Source: Octopus sinensis (lineage: Eukaryota). From it: DNA of 64,000 nucleotides. A program made the translations under genes and the position numbers. The stretch is taken from NCBI RefSeq assembly GCF_006345805.1, contig NC_043009.1, positions 45,322,001-45,386,000 of the forward strand. Direction: 5' to 3'. Under the pieces are notes generated by a model, which saw nothing but the letters and a program-made list of their open reading frames with translations, did no database searches and had not been told where the DNA came from. Shown in pieces: positions 28,620-39,486 of this stretch; within the stretch, counting starts at the first letter, position 1; every line of letters starts with the position of its first letter.

Positions 28620-29293
28620 AAATGTTCTCATTAAGTTTTGAGATCAATCTTCCTCAAAAGTGTTAGCTTGCGCAGCTACACACTGGACTCAACAATCATG
28701 CCATTTGGAATCCGATCTGGAAGTGGTTTTTCGCGAGCTAGTCGAGAACCTTCTGCGATTTGCTCTGGATCTCAACAAAAGTGTTCAAACGGTGACCTTT
28801 TAGTTGCATTTTCATCTTGGGAAAGAGATGGACGTCCGTAAGTGCTAAATCTGTCGATTAGGGAGAGAGTACAGAAGCAATGCCATGTTTTTGGCGAGAA
28901 ATTCACGAGTGAGGAGAGCTCGGTGACAGGGTGCATTGTCGAAGTGAAGAATCCAGTTCTTCGCGCTCAACACTTCCTGTCGTTTTCGCCGACTCTCACT
29001 CAAACGCTTCAAAACGTCGCAGTGGAACTCTCGACCGATGGTCTGACCCTGGGGGACTCGATGCACAAATCCTGTTGATGTCGAAAAATCCATGAGCATG
29101 CTCTTGAGTAAGCTACAGATCTGTCGTGCCTTCTTCGGTCGTGAAGATGAAAGCGTCTCCCATTGTGACGACTGCTACTTCGTCTCAGAATCGTACCAAT
29201 AGACCCAACTCTCATCACCGGTTATGATCCTCGACATGAAGAATGGGCCATCAGCGGTACGCTTACGGAGACCTTGACAGATTTCAAAGCAGC
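28620..29293 (-). pseudogene. mariner transposase fossil, 5' truncated
   Basis: SRIITGDESWVYWYDSETK, WILHFDNAPCHRALLTREFLAKN and FPKMKMQLKGHRL in successive minus-strand frames. Confidence 0.9.
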
Positions 29294-29330
29294 GAATAAG
29301 TGAATAAATGTATGTGTATACATATGTATA

Positions 29331-29819
29331 CTCTACCCATCTGGTCCGTTTAGGGTTGTAAGGCATTCGTCAGTAAAGAGGATTTTGAAAAGTCTATCTT
29401 CATGTAATCTTCTGTCCCGATTTTGTTTATGAACAGCCTTCAGAGGGGGGCCTTGTTATAGGTTTTACTTTCTTGGCTACCAGCTTCCCGGGATCTTTGA
29501 TATTTCCAATGTCGTGTTTATTTTTCCAAGCTCTGAGACAATGGCGGACTTCTTATTTGATGTTAAATCCCGTTTGTGACTCATAATAACATTTTTATTG
29601 GGCACTTGCCTAATAATTTAGGATGGTGAAATTGTTGCTGTTTCATGAAAATGTTTCATGAAAATGGCCGCCGTTTGTTTACATCTGTGCGGATCTAATT
29701 TATTTTACTACAGCGCAGGCAGATGTTGCCATCATTCAGTGAAAAATATCTGGATTCGAACAAATAAATACTCTGTTGTTTCGAAACAACAGACGTGCCT
29801 AATAATTTGACACGCACTG
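29331..29819 (-). mobile_element. Tc1-like element, 5' part with internal deletion
   Basis: TIR starting CAGTGCGTGTCAAATTATTAGGCAC at 29819; internal repeat tgcctaataattt at ~29607; remnants MSHKRDLTSNKKSAIVSELGK and KILFTDECLTTLNGPDG. Confidence 0.75.
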
Positions 29820-30391
29820 AATAAGTGAATAAATGTATGTGTTAATCGGTGTATGTATATGTTTATACATATGTATACGTGTATATATGTATGTATATAT
29901 ATATGGCTGTTTAAATATATGTATATATACATATGTACGTGAATGTATGTGTGTGTATGTATGTGTATGTTATTATGAATCCCTATATATATGAATGTAT
30001 ATATGCGTGTGTACGTGAATGTATGTATATGTATATATATATGTGTGTGTGTGAGAGATAGAGCGTATCTGCGTGTGTATACAGGCATATATACATAGGC
30101 TTGTTTGTGTATAGGAGGGTATGTGTGAGTTTCTGTGTTTGTATGTATCTGACCTCTGAATGAATACTGAAGGTCAGCTGAAAGAAGTCGCATGTGCAAC
30201 CAACCATAAAGAACAGGGCAGCGATCAGCCGGTACCAAAACAACCATCCACTACCACTCATAGCAGTCCAACAAACACACTGGTAGCAAATAACATGAAT
30301 CTACCAACTGCTACAAAATTCAAACCAAGACGGACAAATTAGATGACCTTGAAGTCAAAGATTTTAAACTAACGGACACAACACTTGACTA

Positions 30392-30490
30392 TCACCTGAG
30401 GAATCCCAACTGGATCTCATTTTGCAACCAGTTGCATAATCAAATACCTTATTTTTGGAGAACCATGTTGGGTGGAAACAATTGTAGACA
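30392..30490 (+). ncRNA. Decayed type I hammerhead motif with long stem II
   Basis: CUGAGGA (30396-30402), CCCAAC/GUUGGG stem, GAAAC-AAUU-GUA (30475-30486); stem I largely mismatched. Confidence 0.4.
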
Positions 30491-30850
30491 TTAAAAAAAC
30501 TGTCCAACTGTACCCATTCCAGTTGACTCCAGTTTCTTCAATTGAAATTCACACACGACTAATACCACAGCATAAACATGGAAGTACATAATAATGCTAC
30601 CGGATAGTATTGGGTTATTCTGGGGGTGGACAGCTTTATTACTATGCTCTGCCACTTTCTTATATATATATATCAGCCGAAATTGCGAGGATAATCTGGT
30701 GCTTAATTGAGGAAAGAAAGCTTCGAATGACCCGACCTTGTTTTTTTTTGTATCGTCTATCTGGATGGTTGTCCCATTTTTGTATCACCTTGCTGTCCGG
30801 ATGTTTTGCCTTCTTGTCCTATTTTGTAATATATATATATATATAATATA

Positions 30851-30887
<37 letters not shown>

Positions 30888-31340
30888 ATGTATGTATGTA
30901 TGTATGTATGTATGTATGTATATATATATATTATATATATATATATATATATTGTGATGTTGCTCTCCATGTGCCTTCACTATATCTGTGTTTTTATTAA
31001 TACTTTATTCTAAAACTTGATTTCATCAAGTGTGACCAATATAACTATAAATACGTATAGACGGCTACAGAAATATTCCAATACACCAAGTGGATTCAAT
31101 TATTTACACAGTATTTTATCTAAACATCAGCTATTATTGCTTGTTCTTCCTTTTCCTACGTCCACTGGTATAACAAGTTTGTACCTGTTGTGATTGAACA
31201 AATCGTATCACTGCATGTAGTGATTAATTAACGTATTTTATTAAATTGATATATGGGTTTATACAAATATTAATTAAAAAGTATATAGCGGACTTAAATA
31301 CATAAACTTACAATCAATAATCCTGCCTATAAATTGGGAA

Positions 31341-31377
<37 letters not shown>

Positions 31378-31576
31378 TATATATAAATACACGTTAATCG
31401 GCAGAAGTTAGAGTGACTCGAGGAACAAGAGATTTGTGCATTTGCACTTTATAAGTGCATTGGCACTTGATAAGCGTCATTATATGAGACTCTCGTCCGT
31501 TGATTTATTCTGTAGCTTCTACTGATTAATAACAACAACAAGAGCAACAACAATGATAATAATAATAATAATAATG

Positions 31577-31624
<48 letters not shown>

Positions 31625-31630
<6 letters not shown>

Positions 31631-31950
31631 GGAGAAACTTTCAATGTACAAAGACCTGGAAATAGACGTAACCAGAATGTGGAATCTAAAAACAGAAACA
31701 ATTCCTATCATAATAGGTGCATTAGGCATGATAAAAAAATATTCAGACAAATACATAACAAAAACACCAGGACTTACAAACACATATAACATACAGAAAA
31801 TTGCATTACTAGGTACTGCACACATCCTACGCAGAACACTTTCCATACAGTAACCATCAGAGCATCACAGCAAATCATAGCACATACCCAAGGCACGCAG
31901 AGCTGCGCTCGGTAGTGAAGTGAAAGCACGTTATAAAATTAAAACCACTG
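31625..31950 (+). mobile_element. 5'-truncated Dong/R4-like (restriction-like endonuclease) non-LTR retrotransposon in (TAA)n
   Basis: YKDLEIDVTRMWNLKTETIPIIIGALG...IQKIALLGTAHILRRTLSIQ* plus a ~100-bp 3' UTR, with TAA repeats on both sides. Confidence 0.8.
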
Positions 31951-31995
31951 AATAATAATAATAATAATAATAATATAATAATAATAATAATAATA

Positions 31996-32036
<41 letters not shown>

Positions 32037-32112
32037 TAATAATAATAATAATGATAATAATGATAATGATGATGATGATGATGATAATAATAATAATAAT
32101 AATAATAATGAT

Positions 32113-32420
32113 AACGTAACTCAGATACCAGGAAACCCAAAAATGGCAGAAATTCAAAAGATAGTGCTCATGGGAACTGCTCATATCCTACGCAAAATAC
32201 TTTCTATGTAATCTCAAGGTTTAAAACAAACATAATTTTCGGTTTTTAAAAAAATTTTTGTTTTAGACATTCATTAGTACAACACCAAAAACTCCCCCGC
32301 CCCAATATATGACACACTAGGCATAACAACAACATGAACTTCCAGCCTGTTGTCTCTTGAGGTCTCTGGGTGAGACTTGGAGCCAACTTGTACAAATATA
32401 AAGCAAAAGTCAAACATAGA
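32113..32420 (+). mobile_element. Second 5'-truncated Dong/R4-like copy, different subfamily
   Basis: VTQIPGNPKMAEIQKIVLMGTAHILRKILSM* with a different 3' UTR, TAA repeats on both sides. Confidence 0.75.
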
Positions 32421-32879
32421 ATAATAATAATAATAATCATATATATACACATACACACATACATACATACACATTCATTGGTTTAAGAAAGAATCGTATT
32501 AGTTCTCAGTACAGTTTGTCGTAAGCAAAATATTGATTGAAAAACGATGAGGCTGGCAATAGGAACTGTTCCGTGTAGTTAACTTTTCATTGACGTATTC
32601 TCTACCTTAATGAATAATAATGAAAATTTTATCTTGTTGTCACAAGTCACAAAGTCTTATCATTGCCTGTGCGATGATTTGTGATAAGACGTCATATAAT
32701 TTACGTAAGTAATTTAGCACTTTTGTTATATTCCATGCCACCAAAATTTGTAATAGTGATCTGTTTTGACTAAACACAAGTCAGATGTATAATGAATGTA
32801 TTTTTGTATATAAGTATTGTCTTATGAAGCTCTGATAAAATAAGTGATTCTTCGCAAGTGAATACTGTTTACACAGTTC

Positions 32880-33201
32880 AAATGTTTATATTTCTCCTAT
32901 TTTACTCTGATGGACCCCATAGTCCTTCGATGTTTAAAACTAGTTTTATAGAAATTTCTTTTAAAATTCCTATTTTGTTTTTCCCGCATTAACTTGCTTA
33001 GGGTGAGCTACGAAAAATATTAGAGAAAGAAACCTAGCTGTTTCTTGCTATACGTATCACTACACAGATTTAAAGCAAAATTTTTTCAGGCCTCCTTCTG
33101 ATACTATTGTAGATACCCAATTAACTATCTTCTTGCGTGGACACCCCACCAATCTTATATGGACCCTCGTGGCTCATATGGGCCCCGGTTGAGAACCACT
33201 G
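32880..33201. mobile_element. hAT-type MITE, one end only
   Basis: Ends in ggttgagaaccactg (reverse complement CAGTGGTTCTCAACC, a hAT-type TIR); its internal part recurs at 19907-20086. Confidence 0.6.
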
Positions 33202-34442
33202 TGCCAAGTCATGGCTTTTTAGTACCAAATAACTTTATTATAAACTGTGACATTCATATTCATTCTTAACGCATTCCAGATTTCAACGCAAATATGCTAT
33301 TCGCTTCGTCACAGGAGAACTTCTTTCTACGATAATAATGTGTTAAAAAAATATTCGAATCATTAGTGCAGGAGATTCTGGGTCACCGATATTTTGACAT
33401 ACGTTTCGTCAACCAGAAGGACCCAGTAAATAGAAGTTGTTCTTCTGTGATGTATGCGACAGCAACTAGCATATACGCATACGAATCTGCCGAAAGGCAA
33501 TAGTATAAATACAAAAATCATCGTTTCAGATTCCTTTGTGCACAATGCAAATGCGATTATTTTTTATTTTATGATAAGTTGCTGAAATTGTTATTCGTTA
33601 GAATCTTATGGTTCTTAAGCGCATGTGAACACACCTTGTTAGAAATATTCGATTTAATTTCCGGAATAAGCAGCATATATTAAAAAGTCTTGAAGCTCGA
33701 AACGAAGTTCAAAAATGGTAACTTAGAATTATATTACCTCAGTTTTTGAAACTTCCTATATGTCATGAATAAATAATAAATGTTATGTTTTAAATATGAT
33801 TAAATGCAATATGTTATGCAAAAGTATAGATTATATAATTTATAGAGAGAAACATAATCTAATATAACTATTGAAGACTCAGCGACAACAGAAATTGCAG
33901 TAAATATGATACTTATGCCTTGCTGACGAGAGTGTTTATTCCCCAAGTTAGATTTTACAGCAATAGTATATAGGTTTGTAACATATACGTGTATTTGTTA
34001 AAGTAGGTGTCTTAAATTTCATGTTGCATTGGAATATCAATATTTACTTTATAGTTAATATAGATGCTAATTTACGACATACTCTTATCATAGAGGCAGA
34101 GAGGCAGTATTTTGCCTCTACGATTTAACCACCAGCTAATAGGTTGTTAGTTTTGTATCTACTTCAGTTAAGCTTGTGGATAATACATGATCTGATGATA
34201 TTACTTGATAGATCAGGTTTCTTGCGATAGATAGCTATATATATAAAATGCATATGTATTAAAAAGCTTCCCGCAATAAACGGATACTCATTTAAATGGC
34301 TCCGAGGAAGCTATAGGATGTCACACGAACACTCAGTTTCCTGTAGTAGAAACGGCTGTAAGCTAATAAATGCGGTTATGTTACTCCCGTTCTTTTGAGA
34401 TTCGTTAATTGATATATGCATACATGTATGTGTGTGTGTGTA

Positions 34443-34480
<38 letters not shown>

Positions 34481-35069
34481 TGTTGTGTGTGGATGCATAT
34501 GTATGTATATGAATGTGTGTGTGTATGTGTGTGAGAGAGAGGGACAGAAAGAGAGAGAGAGAAAGAGGGACAGAGATTGAGAGGGAGTGAGTGAGAGAGA
34601 GAGAGAAAGAGGGACAGAGAGTTAGAGAGAGTGAGTGAGAGAGAGAGAGAGAAGAGAGCGTGTTGGAAATGTTCGTATCAAAAATAGGTGCAGTATAGCC
34701 AAATGATTGAGCAGTTTGTTTCCTAATCACAAGCTCACGGTTTCGATCCCGTGCCTGGCAATATAGGTGAACGCCATTTTCTATATAACCTTGAATAAAT
34801 TCATTCCTTATGAGTGAAATTGGGTGGACAGAAACTAATTGGAAGTCCTTCAGGCAGATTGTACCAATAAATTAAATGTACAGCCTCGTCATGCACTGTC
34901 GTTCTTTTTCTGCCTAAGAATTGTATTCAAGTTGCGCATGACTATAGAGTACTCAGCCAATTACACGCTGTTCCAATGAATTCGGTTGTTAAAGCAATTA
35001 AACACTCAAGGTCGGAAATTTACTATCGAGAACGTTCTGTTTATATATGAAATCAATTAGTGACATAAT

Positions 35070-35240
35070 TAATATTGGTTTCAAATTTTGACACAAAACC
35101 AGCAATACAGAGAAAGGAGATAAATCGATTACATCACCCCCAATGCTCAAGTGGTACTTATTATACCGATCTCGAAAGGATAAAAAGGCAAAGTCGACCT
35201 CGGCGGATTTCAACTCAGAACGTAAAGACAGACGAAATAG
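35070..35240 (-). mobile_element. SINE family A
   Basis: aaaggcaaagtcgacctcggcggatttcaactcagaacgtaa core. Confidence 0.85.
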
Positions 35241-35472
35241 AAACATAATTAATATTAGCTCATAAACGTCTCTTGAATCTCCGGAGATTTTGTAGAAGTT
35301 ATATTATTGTTAAAGGTATAAACTCACCATATTAATCATTGTATAGAATTAATATTTCTCGGCAAATCATGCATTTGTTTACACAAAAGAATGCTCAAAA
35401 TATTTATAGAAAACGCTTGGCATATTGAAAGGAGAGCGTAGAAATTCGCTTGAAGCATTGTAATATAGGAGT

Positions 35473-36503
35473 TAAACAATAAGTGGAATAAGAAATGAGG
35501 AAAGCTTCTAACAATGAAGGGGGTAAAAAAAAACGTCATATTTCGGGCGCAAATGGCCTATCTTCAGAAGTAAAAGTAATGTGAGCCTACTTAGATCCTG
35601 CCATTTTGGTTGGCTGGATGGGCTGTACCGTATCTCGTTTTAGTTTGTGTTAGTAGCAGCAGCTCTCCAAATGTTAATGCCGTGCCGTAGAAGTCACACA
35701 GGGGATGGTGGTGGAAGACTGGCTGCAGATAGGCAGCAGTAGTGTGGTAAACGCCGTAGCTGTATTTGGTGGTCGTAATAATGGTAAATTCCGTGGCAGT
35801 AGACGCTGACGCTGTTGTGTAAATCGGCATAGATGACAGTAGTGGTAAGTTTAGTGGTAGTCGATCATGGTGTTGTTGATATATTACCTCGTAGTAGTCG
35901 CTGGTTATGGTTGCAGCAATGGAGGGAGCGGTTGGTATTACATTCACAGGTGCCGCCGGCCCCACTCCGATCTACTATTGGTTTTCGGATTAAGTCGGAG
36001 GACCATTAAAGTTATCTTGATACGGAGATTACCTGTATTCTTCTACGAGGCTAGTATTGAAGTGTTTATCTCTTTGGTGGTGGTTATACCACCAACACCA
36101 CCATCGACTACAACGACACTTACCACCATCATCAAAACTATGCTGATATCGATTACCACCACCAATAACTACAACGACGGTGTTCTCTACCATCCACAAC
36201 TGCATTTCCCACCACTGCTACCAACTTACAGTCAGTCTTCCACCACTTTCTCCTGTGTGATCTCTACGGCTCGGCACCAGCAACACCATCATTTGGAGAA
36301 CTGCTGCTACTAGTACAAGCACTGGACTAAAACGGAGTCACTGCTCATCTGGCTATTGAAAATGGCAGAATCTATGAGAAAACACATTTCTTTGATCGTA
36401 TCCTTCTGAAGATGGGTCTTGGAGCCCGAAATATTAAATTTTAAAAAACTTTCTGCTCTCCCCAATTTTCATTTCTTTTATTCTACACTTGGCTTATTGT
36501 TTA
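35473..36503. repeat. ~1-kb diverged inverted repeat with hammerhead-like cores near both ends
   Basis: Left arm ~35473-35894 aligns to the reverse complement of ~36043-36503 in blocks such as atatttcgggc...atcttcagaag, tagat.ctgccatttt, tagtagcagcag.tctccaaatg, tcacacagg and gtggtggaagactg. Confidence 0.85.
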
Positions 36504-36781
36504 GGGTGTTTAGTTTACGGTCACCAGGTCATAGTTTCAAGTTTTGTACCGGGCGGTACCATCATCTTGATTCACACCACTCAGCTGTTTTGCAGGGTCA
36601 AGCGTGAGGAGTTCGAAAATATTTCCTATGTTCACATTTGGCACCTAAAACAATTATTGAAAGCATAGGGCATGTCACTAAATCATAATCGCTCGCGAGT
36701 GGTGGTTAACAGTACTGAAATTAATTGATTTCCATTAAATGCTTATATTTCCCCAACGAATATACAGATGCAGGCATAAAT

Positions 36782-36830
<49 letters not shown>

Positions 36831-39448
36831 ACACACACACACACGTATAAGCATGTATTTATTCATCGAGGTTTAATCTCATCTGAAATTATTCTATTTT
36901 ACACTTATGTTATCTAACCGGAAATGACATCATAGTTTTCCTAAGTTCTTTCATCCCTATTTCTTAAATAATAAAAAAATTACCACACATTAAAAACTAC
37001 AAAATAATATAAAATTTATTTATATTGTGGGAACTAACAAATTTGAATCGATGATGACTCATTGTCAGCAATCCGGTGACGTCAAATGTTTCGATTTTTA
37101 TAGCTTTGTTGTGTTATAATATCATGTACATTTGATATTTTATAGTAAAAGCTAAGGGAAATGTTCCGCTTTAAAATTATCTGAAACAGACTCACTTTGG
37201 AACCTCTTAAGTAATCTTAGAGTAATGCTGAATTCCTAAAATGCATAACAACATTTAATGTGTTTCTCTCTGAGTTGCCTTGGACACGGTTTATGATCAA
37301 ATCACTCGCAAAACAAGTACAGTTCCGAAATCTGTAATCTTACCTTTTAAGTAAAATATTTATAAGGTATTGCGTTGTATTTTAATTGTCAATTCTTAAT
37401 GCAGTTGTTATGTAAGTGTAGCTGTTTTTCTTCCCCAGTTTTCAGTGTTTGAGGAAATTGACTTGCTCACTAAAAACAAACCAAAGTGATCTGTAAAAGA
37501 CAGATGCCACCTATAAGGAAATTAGTATGGCAAATCAAATGCAATAACAATAAAATGAAATCGCATGCTCACAATTGCAATTGGGAAATTTAGGAATTTT
37601 AGCCTATTATTCCTGAAGATAATATAAACCATTCTTCTGACTCTGTAACCCCATAGTAATCTTGCTCTAAAGAATTTTGAATAGAGTAGTCCATTCTCAA
37701 GTATGGATTCACCATTTACCGTACGATACTCACCCTCAAACTAAAATGTAATCGAAGAGAAACTGGTGGAGTAATTCCTTGTTAATTGTATTCTTTACGG
37801 AGTCGCAACATACGCTATTTTCCGATATACAAATCGACGTAGTAGACAGCGTAAACATTCAAACACCGTTGCTATCTTTTCAAATCCTGTTGCATTTCAC
37901 ATTGAATTTTTGGCACTCATCTTAGTGGAAAAGTCGCTCTATCATATTTTCATATAAATTTTAGTTCTATTTAGACTGAAAAATTTGACTTATATGCCGG
38001 AAAATACTTATATTCTAAAACAACAACTATACAGTATCTAGAAGAAAGAACATATTAAATAAGTCAATCTAGGGGCATGCGAAAACGTATGGCTTGGTCA
38101 GGGTGTTGAACTCACCATTTCTAGAGCGTGGGTTCGATCTAGCCTGTTCTTGAACAAAGCACTTCATTTCACGCTGTTCTGCGGGTCGAGATTGGCAGGA
38201 TCGTCGGTGCATCAGCAGAGGTTGTATACGGTGTATCTTCTAGGAATCTACTTAACAGAAGCAGTGGTGGAGAGAGAACTACGGGCCCTCTCAGGTCGTA
38301 TAGAGAATACTGGAGAAGGTGCACATGCACTGAACCTGCTCGAGGACAGACAAGCCAGACAGGAGGGTCACAAGTGGAATGCTTTTTCGCAGAGGTGTGT
38401 TCCATCAGGGTTGATCTGTTGTAAACAGTTAGAACAATAGTAAGTTGGCGCGAGAATATAGAAATGTAAAAATCATAGAGTGTGATTATATATTATGGAT
38501 CAAAATCACTCTAAGAACATATTTTGAGGAAATGTAATTACAGCAACTGTTACAAGATCATGCGTTTCGTAGATACAGTTCTTCTGCTAATGTTCTTCAC
38601 TTCAGACTGAAATAAAAGAATATTCACTTTCTATCTAAACCATTTAGGTCGACTTAGAATTATGCAATTCTGGTACCTTTATTTGCTGAATTTATTCTAT
38701 TTTACTGAAAAAATATTTTAAATGGCTACTAAAAATGTATAATTCGATGATATATATACTATCGATTATTAAAAAAATGTGATAAATAATATTGAGCTAA
38801 AATGCCACCGAGGTTAGCACAGCATTTCTTTCTGGAATAAAGTACGAGTCAAATACTTAGCAACTGACTCCACCCATTTACCCCTCGACCCGACTCAGAT
38901 GCGCTGTTAGAAGAATCATGGGAGACAACTAACACTATATCTTTCTCCAAAAACGAGAAAAGTTGGGTGAGTGAGCAGCGGCCTGATCTAAAAAAAAATA
39001 ATACAGAGTAAATAAACTTATATATTACTGCTCAAGGACAGGTTACTTTAAACTACACCACAGGACGGTAATAATTGTTTTCAATTGAGGCAAAAGGACG
39101 GTACTTTGTCTTAAGATGATGCTGGCAAACTTTGAACTGTGATCATAAAGAATCGGGAGAAATACCGAAAAGTTCTAACGATTCTGCAAGTTCGAACAGA
39201 ATAAATAAAGACAAATATATGACATATTTTGAATAATATTTTAACTCAAGTACATAATATTTACTTCCAGTTGAAAAAACGGGCACCCTACATGGTTGAT
39301 ATACCACTCCCAGCAGACCCACCTCATTTAAAAATCGACTTAATCCCTTTGTCTGTCCTTGTTTGTCCCCTCTGTGTTTAGCCCCTTGTGGGTAGTAAAG
39401 AAATATATATATATATATATATACATACATATGTATGTATGTGTGTGT

Positions 39449-39486
<38 letters not shown>

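Noticed and set aside
33396-33451. Minus-strand CAGAAGA...GAAACGUA hammerhead-like remnant; similar remnants at ~43455-43510 and ~51440-51480
   Set aside because: Core substitutions plus poor stems make them indistinguishable from chance without a family consensus.
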